NCBI GenBank assembly: GCA_048882485.1
Contig: JBHLRP010000006.1
Coordinates: 32,001 to 96,000 of the forward strand
DNA from: Candidatus Thorarchaeota archaeon
GTDB lineage: Archaea; Asgardarchaeota; Thorarchaeia; Thorarchaeales; Thorarchaeaceae
Length of the DNA stretch: 64,000 bases
Reading direction: 5' to 3'
Under the pieces are notes generated by a model. That model ran no database searches. It saw only the letters and a list, made by a program, of their open reading frames with translations, and was not told the origin of the DNA. A program made the position numbers and the translations under genes. Shown one piece after another: positions 19,108 to 29,200 of the stretch (position 1 is the stretch's first letter; each line of letters opens with the position of its first letter).

Positions 19108-20571
19108 GTGCTGTGGGTAGTAAACTTGGGCTCAGTAATCTCCAATGCAATTGCTTCTGCAGTTCTGTCAGAGATTATGCCTACTGATGAGGAGATTGAG
19201 AAACAGATTACAGTAATTGAAAGCCTCAAGTTCGCACTTGAACGCTACGCGACTGATAACGGCTTTCCATATCATTCAATTGAACCTCAGGGCTCAACAG
19301 GGAGAAAACAGACTCAGCTCAGGGGAGCTTCGGATATAGACCTCTTTGTGATTCTCTCACAAGACGATTACCCAGAGGAACTAAGTCAAGATCCGAAGAG
19401 GAGGAGAGATGCTATTGACAACCTCATGAACGGTATGGTGGAAAACTGGTTCAAACCCGCGCTTTCTGGAATCAAGGTCAATTCGCTTCAAAAGACATAC
19501 TCCCAGCATCCGTACTTGTCCCTTGAGATGATGGGGTTCGAGGTCGATATAGTGTCGTGCTTCTTCATTCCTCAGAGTGATTTGAAGAGAACTGGCCCAA
19601 TCACTGCGATGGACAGGACTATCCATCATTCGGAATATGTCTTCAATAACATAGGATTACTTAGAGATGATGTCAGGATTCTGAAATCATTTGTTCGCGC
19701 TTGTCATGCCTACGCTGATAGGTGCGCGGTTGGACAAATGGGATTTACAGGCTATGCCTTAGAGCTCCTAGTCATTTTGAAGGGTGGAGTTGATGAAGCT
19801 ATCAGAGCGATTCTTGAGCTCGATGTTATTCCTGTTGATCCATTCCATAGGAGTCTAGAGGATTTAGGAAAGATGCCAGCCTTTAGAGATGACAAAATCT
19901 TCATCATGGATCCTATAGATCCAGGTAGGAATGTCGCATCAAGTTTTGACAATAGATCTTTTCGGCTATTAAAGGTACTATCAGCCCGCCTAATTTCTGC
20001 AGCTGAGAAAGGGAATTCCAGCAAGGTCCAGGAGCTACTCTTGGAGAAACCAATACCGACCACTGCAGTGCCAAAATGGTTTGAAAAGCATAGTTCTGTC
20101 CACGAATTCAAATCAGATGGCTCGATTCACTATACGATTTTGAGAGACAAGATTCATAGCTTTGCAAGAAAAGCAGCTAACGAATTGTCTAGAGAGAATA
20201 CAGGAGAGCCTCGATTCGGTGAAATACTCACCGAGGTATACTTAGAGGGATCATCATACGCTGTTGGGTTCATAATAGAGAAACCTATGATATCGGAGAA
20301 ATACGAGAGAAAAGGTCCACCAATGTCACTGAAAAATGCCTCGGACAGCTTTCGTCAGGCGCATCCCGATGCTATCGAAAGAGATGGATATCTTTGGATA
20401 GAAGAGTTTCGTAGGTGGACCTCTGCAGAGGACCATGTTGCTTCACTTATAGAGAGTGTTTCTATCAATGGCCTTGCACTGACAAGCAAAAGCGAAACCT
20501 CTTCCAAGCTGCTGAATATCATGATGAACTGGGTACTTCTCGCTGAGCCCGACTTCCCATCATTGAAGTGA
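19108..20571 (+). CDS. cca: CCA-adding tRNA nucleotidyltransferase, archaeal class I (exact start uncertain)
   Basis: QGST.RK.TQLRGASDIDLFV, YSQHPY, VDIV.C, TAMDRTIHH, GFTGYALELL, DPIDPGRNVASS. Confidence 0.93.
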   Translation: MLWVVNLGSVISNAIASAVLSEIMPTDEEIEKQITVIESLKFALERYATDNGFPYHSIEPQGSTGRKQTQLRGASDIDLFVILSQDDYPEELSQDPKRRRDAIDNLMNGMVENWFKPALSGIKVNSLQKTYSQHPYLSLEMMGFEVDIVSCFFIPQSDLKRTGPITAMDRTIHHSEYVFNNIGLLRDDVRILKSFVRACHAYADRCAVGQMGFTGYALELLVILKGGVDEAIRAILELDVIPVDPFHRSLEDLGKMPAFRDDKIFIMDPIDPGRNVASSFDNRSFRLLKVLSARLISAAEKGNSSKVQELLLEKPIPTTAVPKWFEKHSSVHEFKSDGSIHYTILRDKIHSFARKAANELSRENTGEPRFGEILTEVYLEGSSYAVGFIIEKPMISEKYERKGPPMSLKNASDSFRQAHPDAIERDGYLWIEEFRRWTSAEDHVASLIESVSINGLALTSKSETSSKLLNIMMNWVLLAEPDFPSLK

Positions 20572-20605
20572 AAGTGTTTAAGGAGGGCCTTGTTCTTTCT
20601 GAGAG

Positions 20606-21691
20606 GTGGAGTTGGAATTGACGACTCATGGAATGTCCTTCATCCATCAACCTCTATCTGACACACATGCCCAACCATTCCCCAAGCCGAATATCGAAGC
20701 GTTTGAGAATCCGCTTAGAATTCAGATGGCTTACAAGTACCTTGAAGAGAATGGCGTGCTTAAAGGGATGAAGGTGTCCAAGGCAAATCGAGCAAAGTTT
20801 GATGATGCACTGCTAGTCCACTCACCATACCTCGTTCATACTGTTGAGATAATGTCTGACTTGGGAAGTGGATATCTTGGCGAATCGTCATATGCAAGTC
20901 CCGACTTACTTCGCTCTGCTCTGCATGCACTCGGCGGAGCAATTGAATCTGCAAAGCTAGTATCAGAAGGGAACACCAGACATGCCTTCGCACTAGTAAG
21001 GCCGCCTGGGCATCATGCATCGACTTCAACATCGATGGGTCTGTGTTATTTCAACAATGTTGCTGTTGCTGCGAAGACTGCTATGGCAAGAGATGACGTG
21101 AATCGAATCACGATTCTTGATATAGACAATCACTTTGGAAATGGGACGGCTGAGATATTCTATGCAGATTCGAATATACAGTATATCTCGATGCACGAGT
21201 ATGACTATGAGAATTTTGGCGTGGGACATTTTGACGAGATTGGGCATGGTGAAGGGAAAGGAAAGAACATCAACATTCCCCTCGTTGAAACGAGTCCTAA
21301 CATCTCATACGAGTCAGCATTAAAGCAGATTGTAACTCCAGCTTTGGAAAGCTTCAAACCTGACATCATAGCAGTTTCTGCTGGATTCGATGCCCACTAT
21401 GCGGATCCCGTAGGGAACATGGATGTTGATTCGAGAACATACTGGCTTATTGGAAACCTCGTAGAGAAGACGGTGTCTAAGCTGGGAATTAGAGGCTCAT
21501 TTTGGATTCTTGAGGGAGGATACAATCCATTTGTGCTTGGTTCAAGCATAAGAGCGAGTCTGGAAGGGCTACAAAACAGGAAACTCCCTCAACTCGATGA
21601 TCAGATCGATCGTGAGAAGCACAAGATGTTGATAGAATCCAATGAGGAGATTATTGAGAAGGTCCTAGAAACGGTTTCGCCCTATTTCTGA
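20606..21691 (+). CDS. Histone deacetylase/AcuC-family Zn deacetylase
   Basis: RPPGHHA, GLCYFNNVA, DIDNHFGNGT, SAGFDAH, LEGGY. Confidence 0.94.
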   Translation: MELELTTHGMSFIHQPLSDTHAQPFPKPNIEAFENPLRIQMAYKYLEENGVLKGMKVSKANRAKFDDALLVHSPYLVHTVEIMSDLGSGYLGESSYASPDLLRSALHALGGAIESAKLVSEGNTRHAFALVRPPGHHASTSTSMGLCYFNNVAVAAKTAMARDDVNRITILDIDNHFGNGTAEIFYADSNIQYISMHEYDYENFGVGHFDEIGHGEGKGKNINIPLVETSPNISYESALKQIVTPALESFKPDIIAVSAGFDAHYADPVGNMDVDSRTYWLIGNLVEKTVSKLGIRGSFWILEGGYNPFVLGSSIRASLEGLQNRKLPQLDDQIDREKHKMLIESNEEIIEKVLETVSPYF

Positions 21692-21794
21692 TGAAAGTGT
21701 GTAGCTAATTTGCGGTACTTCTGAATCGTTCCATGCACAACGTTTTAAGGCCAAGCAACTTCGGCGATTTCAGAACCAGCAATGGTGAGTATAT

Positions 21795-22082
21795 TTGGGT
21801 AAAAAGAGAAAATCCGGTGGCAGAAGCAAGGGCAGCGCAGGAAAGTCCAAGACAGTCCAGTGCTCAAAGTGCGGACGAATGGTCCCAGCTGACAAGGCCA
21901 AGAGATATACAAAGCGGGTTTCAGCTGTCGATCCACAGCTTGCACGTGAACTCCGCCAACAGGGGAGTTTCATTCAGACTCGCAAGACCACATCATACTA
22001 CTGCGTTAGCTGTGCAGTGCACTCTGGAAAGGTCCAGATTCGACAAGCATCTGAGCGGAAAACAAAACCTGGCCGCCGCTAA
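21795..22082 (+). CDS. rps26e: 30S ribosomal protein S26e
   Basis: KKRKSGGRSKG, VQCSKCGRMVPADKA, YCVSCAVH. Confidence 0.95.
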   Translation: MGKKRKSGGRSKGSAGKSKTVQCSKCGRMVPADKAKRYTKRVSAVDPQLARELRQQGSFIQTRKTTSYYCVSCAVHSGKVQIRQASERKTKPGRR

Positions 22083-22157
22083 TAGATCAAACACAACATG
22101 TCAGATATTATTGCCTCGCGAATATCAAAGGACCCATCATAATAGCTGGTTCTCCAA

Positions 22158-22760
22158 ATGATGGAACAAGTAACACATCTGAGATTCATTTTGTACATCC
22201 CAGAAATCTTTGAAGCTGGAAATTTCCATTTAAAAGACCTACCAGGATCAGGAAAGAGAATAGATGTTCTATGCCGCGCTCTAGCCGCATGTTTCGACTG
22301 GGGACCAGCAAGTCTTGATAAATCGAGTCTGGAGATTATCGCCCTTGATGACAAGACCTCTTGTCTTCGAATCAAAAACCCAAACGCAGAGATGCCAAGA
22401 GGTGAGGTTTGGTGGGCAGATGCAGTCAAGGATGCATTGAACGGAAACCCCCCTCCTTTCATAGGTGTTGAGAATAAGACCTTGAAAGACGTTATCATGG
22501 AAATCTTGGCCGGCAGGGAAGATAACCTGTGGGTGCTAGATGAAGGTGGAGAATCATTGGCTCAAGAAAAGAAGCCGTTATTCAATGCGCAGAACAGCTT
22601 CATTATTGGGGGCTATAGAGGGTTTGATTCCGAGGCGCTGAAAGCCTTTGAAGACCACAGCATTTATCGACTCTCTCTAGGAACAACTAGCTACCTTGCG
22701 AGTCATTGCATTGCAGCGATAATATCAATGTATGAGGAGATGATTCATGATGTCAGGTGA
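22158..22760 (+). CDS. trmY: tRNA pseudouridine-54 N1-methyltransferase (SPOUT)
   Basis: LKDLPGSGKRIDVLCR, LDEGG, FIIGG..GF, SLGTTSYLASHCI. Confidence 0.8.
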   Translation: MMEQVTHLRFILYIPEIFEAGNFHLKDLPGSGKRIDVLCRALAACFDWGPASLDKSSLEIIALDDKTSCLRIKNPNAEMPRGEVWWADAVKDALNGNPPPFIGVENKTLKDVIMEILAGREDNLWVLDEGGESLAQEKKPLFNAQNSFIIGGYRGFDSEALKAFEDHSIYRLSLGTTSYLASHCIAAIISMYEEMIHDVR

Positions 22761-23097
22761 AACTTCCGAAAAGCAGTCAAGAGCCGTAGAAAGACTAGTG
22801 AACAAACTGACCAAGGAGATGCTCTGGATATACATTCTTCGACTCCTCCAAGAAAGACCCCACTACGGGTATGAGATAAAGGAGCTCGTAACAAAGAGGT
22901 TCGGGTTTTCGCCTGCTACAGTGAGCGGCTATGCAATCATATATCGCTTGCAGAGAGACGGTCTCATACAGAGCCAAGCGTCCAGTGAATCAACAAGAAA
23001 ATACTACGAGATAACAGAGAAAGGCAGTGAAGCAATGAAGCTAGCCAGAGATTTCCTCTTTTCAACCATATCAAGAGTATTTGATATCACTGAATAA
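22747..23097 (+). CDS. PadR family transcriptional regulator
   Basis: ILRLL.ERP.YGYEIK, Y..LQRDGLI, RKYYEITEKG. Confidence 0.92.
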   Translation: MMSGETSEKQSRAVERLVNKLTKEMLWIYILRLLQERPHYGYEIKELVTKRFGFSPATVSGYAIIYRLQRDGLIQSQASSESTRKYYEITEKGSEAMKLARDFLFSTISRVFDITE

Positions 23098-23988
23098 TTA
23101 ACGAATAGTGATTTCCTCAAGCAGTTGCTTGGTTCTTTGTTGTACGACCTTGCTATCAAGTCTGAAATCTGTACCCCCTGAGGACTCAACAACAATACTA
23201 GCAACAGCTGAGGCAAAGGCTCCACATTCAGCAATTGAACGCTCTTCTATCATCTTTGCGGCAAAAGCGGACAAATATGAATCACCCGCACCAGTACCAT
23301 TCGCTGTATTAATCTTGTATGCAGGAATCCGGTAGAAATCCATCCCATCGAATACAATACTACCTTCATCAGAAAGGGTGACTATTCCTACTTCGGACCC
23401 AGATTCAACTAGCATCTCAACAGCCAGAAAAGGATCATCTTCACCAGTCAAGATCTTGGACTCTAAGCGATTTGGCTTCACAACATCAATGAGGTCCAGT
23501 ATTTCCTCTGCTACGCGATGATTCCCCATGAGCCGGACCCGATTGTCTTCGCTAACTCTCCTAAATCGGGGGTCGAGAAGAATGATTGAATCTGAAGATT
23601 CATGGAGCCACTCAATGAATTCAGCGTGAATCTCACGAAGCACGGGGCTTAGCAGAATCATCTTTGCATGGAGGAATTCGTCCGGAATATCGCGAATTCC
23701 TATTTCGCTCTTTGTTCCGACCAAGTTCGCGAATTTGCTTCCTTCTAGGTCTAGTGCAACTTGAAACCTACTGGTTTCAGCAGAGTTGGTCAAGAAGAAC
23801 TCGATATCGTGCTTGTCTAGAACCTCTGTTGCCTTGCTACGTAGCTCGCTGCCAACAGTTCCAACCAATGCGACATTTCCTACTCCCAGCTTCGCCGCCA
23901 CGACTGCAGCATACACAGCTCCACTTGCCAGTCGTATGGACTTTTCCTCGTAATAAGCTGGATTTCCAATCACGACAATGTCATACAT
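23098..23988 (-). CDS. PfkB/ribokinase family kinase
   Basis: VVKPNRLE, IVTLSDEGS, TGAGDSY. Confidence 0.88.
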   Translation of the reverse strand: MYDIVVIGNPAYYEEKSIRLASGAVYAAVVAAKLGVGNVALVGTVGSELRSKATEVLDKHDIEFFLTNSAETSRFQVALDLEGSKFANLVGTKSEIGIRDIPDEFLHAKMILLSPVLREIHAEFIEWLHESSDSIILLDPRFRRVSEDNRVRLMGNHRVAEEILDLIDVVKPNRLESKILTGEDDPFLAVEMLVESGSEVGIVTLSDEGSIVFDGMDFYRIPAYKINTANGTGAGDSYLSAFAAKMIEERSIAECGAFASAVASIVVESSGGTDFRLDSKVVQQRTKQLLEEITIR

Positions 23989-23992
23989 TGAG

Positions 23993-24721
23993 TCATTCTT
24001 CACCTTCCATTTGTAGGATGACTTTCCGTGCATATGCCAACCGCTGAACTACAGTGATGTGTGACAATATTCCGACGATTACAACACACAACGTAAGGAT
24101 GTTCGTTACTCCAGCTGTGACAAACAGATCCATAATACCAGCAGGTAGAAAAGCCAAGAATTCAAGCCAGATATTTGTGGGAGGCAGAGCCAGAAGGAGT
24201 ATCCCTGCGAAAGTCAGTATTAGCTTCTCCTGTCTCTCTGCAATTCCGACCGAGCAGCTTTCCATTCCTCCGACCGACTCGGCCTTGGCTCTCGAAAAGC
24301 TCGCCATGATCATTCCGAATAATGAGAACACTCCCCAGAACCATGGGAGATAGCTCTCATTTGGTGTTATTATCCACCAAGCTACCGGTGTCATGACTGT
24401 GGGCCCCATCATCAATCCTAGGATAAAGAGAAACTCAGCATATCTGTCGAGGGTATGGTCGAATGTTGCCCCGAACTTGGTCATTAGATTTGCCGCGCGG
24501 GCAACTGCTCCATCAAGCATATCCATAACGACAGTGAGGAGCATCAGAAGAAAGCCTCCCATGAGATCACCCAGGAAGAAAAAGTATGCGCTCACCAAAG
24601 CAACTAGCACCGTAAGTCCAGTTATCACATTTGGAGTAATTCCAGTCCTAGCTAGTAGTCTTCCCACTGGCATCATGACCTTCTGATATCTCTCTCTCAA
24701 TTTTCCAAGCATGAGCTTCAC
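23993..24721 (-). CDS. CDP-alcohol phosphatidyltransferase (archaetidylinositol phosphate synthase-like)
   Basis: ITPNVIT, DMLDGAVAR....TKFGATFDHTLDRYAE, SFSRAKAE, GIAERQE. Confidence 0.92.
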   Translation of the reverse strand: MKLMLGKLRERYQKVMMPVGRLLARTGITPNVITGLTVLVALVSAYFFFLGDLMGGFLLMLLTVVMDMLDGAVARAANLMTKFGATFDHTLDRYAEFLFILGLMMGPTVMTPVAWWIITPNESYLPWFWGVFSLFGMIMASFSRAKAESVGGMESCSVGIAERQEKLILTFAGILLLALPPTNIWLEFLAFLPAGIMDLFVTAGVTNILTLCVVIVGILSHITVVQRLAYARKVILQMEGEE

Positions 24722-24786
24722 ATTTCCAGGATTCGAGGTCGGGCTTCGCCGACCTGACTTGCGTTAATAAACGTGTTGTGGGCTGC

Positions 24787-26454
24787 TCAAAGCACACTCA
24801 TAATGCGATTGAGAACCCACTCATTACCAAGCAGGTTCAAGAAGCCGCCCAATCTTGGACCTGATTTTCGGGATATCAGAACCCTATAGAGAACGACAAA
24901 TGCTCTCTTGTCTTTTAGGCCCACTGAACGAGCGGTTTCAAAGACCTTGCTCTGCAATTCCTCATCATCAAGAGGCTCGCCCTTCAGGACCTCGGAGAAT
25001 TTTCGGAGAAATTCGCGGTCATTCTCAGTAATAGTATCAATAATTTCCGTAGGCACCGATTCTGAAACCTCAACCTTGTCACGTTCAGTTCCATACTCAT
25101 GGGCCCAAGTCTTTGCTTGATGCAGTCTGATGGGGATCAGCTCTTTTGCTTCAGGAGGTACAGTATCGAGACCATACTGCTTCTTGAGTACTTGCTCGCA
25201 TCGATCGAGAATACTCATAGACCCAAGAATATCCTCCATCTGTGAGGTTATGACTGCGAATTTGAATGGTAGTTTTGGAATATACTTCCCTGAAACCTCC
25301 CCAGCAAGACATAGAGGGTACAATAGCTGAATGTATTCGGCTCGCTCTTCGGTAGTTTCCTCAAGACCATAGTAAGCTCTCTCGAATCTATCAAACTCAT
25401 CCACCATGTCAGGAATTCGTTCAGGCTGCAAGTCAATTGCTCTCTCAAGAGGTGGTCGTAGCACGATATATCGATAAAGCTCAGGAGGCGCGATTGATAA
25501 CCAGACCCTTGGGCTGAATACAATACCTTCAGAGGTTGACATATCGCGTCCACCAATGCGGACCCACTCAAAAGGAACTTTCACTGGACCCTCCCAACCA
25601 AAGACTCGTCGAGATATCTCTAGACCAGTGTCGAAGGAGCCCCCTTTTACAGAGTGGTCTTTTCCTGCAGGCTCACATGTCACGTTTAGCACATACCATT
25701 TAGCTGGCCAATCAATTCGCCAGGAGAGTTTTACTTGAAGGCCATCAAGAGGCGCCTCATCACTGTGACCACATGACGGACATGAAAATGACGCCTTGTC
25801 AGTAACGGGATTATAGTCTGTGATTCTATTAACAACTATTTCCCCCTTCGCGCCTGCCTGAATACGTCCGCAGGAAGGACAGAATACAGAGGCAGGATAC
25901 CAATTCTTCATAGATTCAACATAGTCTGCCTTTTGTTCTTCATTGAAGTCACTGGCTACATATTCAATGAGTATCTCTCGAATGATTTCCGTGTTCTTCA
26001 AGCACAGCCTAATGGCTTCCAGCATTTCCGGAGTTTCGTATAGTTTGCTTTGCCATATCACTTCTGGATTTACACCAAATTGTGGGAATGTTTCTATGAA
26101 CTCATTGGCTGCATGAGCCGCGAAACTCTCACAACAACCAAACTCATCAGGAACTTGAGAATACGGTATTCCAAGCCAATCTTCAAGAGGGAGTGACACA
26201 CTTGCGGGAAATGAACGCACCGGATCATAGTCATCGGCAACAAAGAGAGTCCTGGCATTCTTTCCAGCTTCAATGAGTTTTCGCTTGATGACATCAGCTA
26301 TTATGAGCTCGCGGACGAAGCTAATGGGGATGCTACCACTTATGCTCTTCCCGGTAGAAACCAAGTACTCATCGACATCGCGTTCTAGAACAGTGTCGAC
26401 TACATCACTTATCCAGTGAATGCTGTAATCTTCATCTGGAACATCATCGGACAC
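24787..26454 (-). CDS. lysS: Class I lysyl-tRNA synthetase (catalytic signature motifs degenerate)
   Basis: ADDYDP.R, KLSWRIDWPAKW, EPAGKDH...GGS, SGPRLG; two CxxC pairs; HIGH position reads PISF and KMSKS position reads DMSTS. Confidence 0.88.
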   Translation of the reverse strand: MSDDVPDEDYSIHWISDVVDTVLERDVDEYLVSTGKSISGSIPISFVRELIIADVIKRKLIEAGKNARTLFVADDYDPVRSFPASVSLPLEDWLGIPYSQVPDEFGCCESFAAHAANEFIETFPQFGVNPEVIWQSKLYETPEMLEAIRLCLKNTEIIREILIEYVASDFNEEQKADYVESMKNWYPASVFCPSCGRIQAGAKGEIVVNRITDYNPVTDKASFSCPSCGHSDEAPLDGLQVKLSWRIDWPAKWYVLNVTCEPAGKDHSVKGGSFDTGLEISRRVFGWEGPVKVPFEWVRIGGRDMSTSEGIVFSPRVWLSIAPPELYRYIVLRPPLERAIDLQPERIPDMVDEFDRFERAYYGLEETTEERAEYIQLLYPLCLAGEVSGKYIPKLPFKFAVITSQMEDILGSMSILDRCEQVLKKQYGLDTVPPEAKELIPIRLHQAKTWAHEYGTERDKVEVSESVPTEIIDTITENDREFLRKFSEVLKGEPLDDEELQSKVFETARSVGLKDKRAFVVLYRVLISRKSGPRLGGFLNLLGNEWVLNRIMSVL

Positions 26455-26502
26455 CTGACTGTCACCACCTTCACCCTCGGGCCTGTGCTAAAGAAGATTG
26501 CT

Positions 26503-28356
26503 CTAGACAGAGAACTCAGTGACACGAAGTTCTGATTTACTCTGGAACAGGATGTATACTGGGACAGCGGCCAATACTACAACTATCAGAAGAGCAACAA
26601 GTGTTGTCACCATAGCGATTGGTAGATAGAGAAGAGAGGGCACCGCTGCTTCAGGAATCAGGAAGTATATGCTGAAGAGCGTCGCTGCAAATACTGCTGG
26701 AATCCCTGACTTCATTCCGATGTCAGTGCCCTCAGCAATCATGACTTTAACGATAAATGACGGTTTGGCACCGATTGATTTCATTATGATGTAGTCACGC
26801 AGCCTGCCAAATACGGAAACAAGCAGGTAATTCATCAGACTAAGAAAGGCGCTCAGCAATGCCATCACTGGGAGTGGTTGAAGCAACAACCAGAATGCAC
26901 CAATCGTTTCTAGGTTTTCTTCCAGGAGGGATTGTTGAAGGTAGATTTCAAATCCATAGTCATGTACAAGACTCTCAATCTGAGCTATTGCTGTAGAATC
27001 GTATCTTTCGAGTTGAACCAGGACGAGATTTGCTCCTGACGCGCCAAAGAGGGCTTGCATCAGTTCCAAGTCCATAAAAGCTACTTCTCCACCATTCAGA
27101 ATATCAAAAGCAATGGCACTGACATTGAGCGACGAGCCACTGACTTCCAGCTTTTGTACAAGAGGATCATCATACATTGTTGTGGCTATCTGGCCACCAA
27201 TCCATACATCTAGGTCTGAACTGACTTCCTGACCATCGAAGAACCAGTTTGACACCGTGGAATCCCAATTAAGACCGACAATCAATGCGGTGCCTTGTCG
27301 TCCTTGGCCAATGCTTTCATACTGCTCGAAAGTGGGATTCCATATGATGCCAGGGCCCTCACGTATGTTTGCATAGGATAGCAACCGCATGTCCACTGTT
27401 GCGACACCCGGCAACTCTGTCACATTTCCAATGAGATTTGAGGGAATCATGAAAGTGCTATCTATGTAGTCAAACGACTCGTCCAGCAGTTCGCCGCCAC
27501 TGAGAGAATATGCACCAAAGTATTGGTCCAATAAGTCGGGATCTCCAATGGCTACAACATCCGAACCCATTGATCTAATAATATATGCATCAGTAGTTGA
27601 TTCTACTACACCGCCGCCAATCCATAGCATAGATGCCAATGATATACTTAGAAATAGACTAAGCAATGTGCGACCAGAGCCTCCAATTCTACGCCCTGTA
27701 GCTTTAGTAGCTATTCGAAAAGGCAATCCAAGGGTGTCAAGATATCCCGCTCTTCGGATCTTGGACCCAATCTCAGGATTCAGTGCGGCTATTGGTGATT
27801 CATGGACGGTATCATAGATTGGCTTCTGTGCAGCAAAGAAACCGATGATAAGGTAGATCGCTGCATATGCGAGGACTTGGAGCCATGGGAAGTCAAGAGA
27901 GAAGCTAAGCGTTGGGATAAGTGATGCAAGCCACGCCAAACCAAGAATGTAGAATATTGCTCCTACAGCAATTCCAACTATCACACTGGTCCCAAGAAGA
28001 ATCAAGGCCTGAGCCATGAAGTGATCGAAAATAGTGTCCATCAATGTGCCAATTGATTTCATTAGCCCGATGTCCTTGCGTCGTGTGACAACCTCCAGAG
28101 AAATTGTGCTTGATACTACGACGACTCCAAGTGATAGAGCCAGCAAAAGCGTTGCCCAGATGAAGGTTTCGAAGAAGATTGTAAACGCACCTGTAGTCCC
28201 TCCCGAAGTGATAATGGAGGTCACGTCAAGCAAAGCATTGCCAAAAAGAAGAAGGAATGTAGTTGCGGCAACTACTGTTGATAAAGATGCAAAGACAAGC
28301 GTAGTCCTGAAGGGACGTCGTTTCAGGTCCTTTGATGCATAATCTTGCTCAGACAT
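26503..28356 (-). CDS. FtsX/MacB-type ABC permease (two permease repeats)
   Basis: RRKDIGLMKSIG and RLRDYIIMKSIGA motifs, multiple TM helices with an extracellular domain. Confidence 0.88.
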   Translation of the reverse strand: MSEQDYASKDLKRRPFRTTLVFASLSTVVAATTFLLLFGNALLDVTSIITSGGTTGAFTIFFETFIWATLLLALSLGVVVVSSTISLEVVTRRKDIGLMKSIGTLMDTIFDHFMAQALILLGTSVIVGIAVGAIFYILGLAWLASLIPTLSFSLDFPWLQVLAYAAIYLIIGFFAAQKPIYDTVHESPIAALNPEIGSKIRRAGYLDTLGLPFRIATKATGRRIGGSGRTLLSLFLSISLASMLWIGGGVVESTTDAYIIRSMGSDVVAIGDPDLLDQYFGAYSLSGGELLDESFDYIDSTFMIPSNLIGNVTELPGVATVDMRLLSYANIREGPGIIWNPTFEQYESIGQGRQGTALIVGLNWDSTVSNWFFDGQEVSSDLDVWIGGQIATTMYDDPLVQKLEVSGSSLNVSAIAFDILNGGEVAFMDLELMQALFGASGANLVLVQLERYDSTAIAQIESLVHDYGFEIYLQQSLLEENLETIGAFWLLLQPLPVMALLSAFLSLMNYLLVSVFGRLRDYIIMKSIGAKPSFIVKVMIAEGTDIGMKSGIPAVFAATLFSIYFLIPEAAVPSLLYLPIAMVTTLVALLIVVVLAAVPVYILFQSKSELRVTEFSV

Positions 28357-29098
28357 TAGAGGACAGCACTCCATTGTCCATAGTGAGATGACGGGCACCC
28401 TTTGTTCTGACGATAGCATTGTCATGCGTCATCACAACCACCGCCTTGCCAGACTGATGCAATATTTGTAGAAGGTCACGTACCATCTTTGCACTCTCTG
28501 TGTCCAGATTAGCCGTTGGCTCGTCAGCTAGGATAATTGGGGGATCATTCGCCATAGCTCTGGCAATTGCGACCCTCTGCTGTTCACCCGAGCTTAATTG
28601 CCATGGAAGATGATTAGTCCTTTCTTCAAGCCATACTCTCTCGAGCAGTTTGTGTGAGTCATTTTGAATCTCCTCCAGACTCTTGTCAGTCAATTGCATT
28701 GGGAACATGACATTCTCGAGTGCAGTGAGAGTCGAAATCAGATTATAGCTCTGAAATATGAAGCCAGTATTCGAGAGACGAAAAGTTGCCCTGAATGACT
28801 CATCATAGTCACCTATTGGAACATCCATAACAAACACTCGACCCTCTGTTGCATAGTCTATCGCACCGATGATGTTGAGAAGAGTCGTCTTGCCGGATCC
28901 TGATGCTCCTGTAATCGCTACGAAATCCCCCATCCCGACTTCGAGTGTGACCTTGTTGAGGGCGGTGATTTCTCGTCGCCCTAATGAGTATCTTCTCGAT
29001 ACATCTTGGAGCCGCACTGCAAACTTGACTCCGTCGCTGCTTACAGTTTCAACTGTGTCGTAGGTTTCATCTGCTACCCAGGCATCATCATCTGACAT
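28349..29098 (-). CDS. LolD/MacB-type ABC ATPase
   Basis: GASGSGKTT, LSSGEQQRVAIARAM, DEPTANLD, MTH. Confidence 0.95.
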   Translation of the reverse strand: MSDDDAWVADETYDTVETVSSDGVKFAVRLQDVSRRYSLGRREITALNKVTLEVGMGDFVAITGASGSGKTTLLNIIGAIDYATEGRVFVMDVPIGDYDESFRATFRLSNTGFIFQSYNLISTLTALENVMFPMQLTDKSLEEIQNDSHKLLERVWLEERTNHLPWQLSSGEQQRVAIARAMANDPPIILADEPTANLDTESAKMVRDLLQILHQSGKAVVVMTHDNAIVRTKGARHLTMDNGVLSSNV

Positions 29099-29200
29099 AT
29101 GTAAGGTCTCTCCTTTGCCAATCTGATACTACTATGCGAGATCATCATGACCTCATCTCAAGTCAACTCTGGTTGAAAGATAAATCTAGAGGTACTTCAA

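Noticed and set aside
21733-22161. 142-aa + strand ORF overlapping rps26e, and the many antisense ORFs in the track
   Set aside because: Shadow frames of well-supported genes with no motifs of their own
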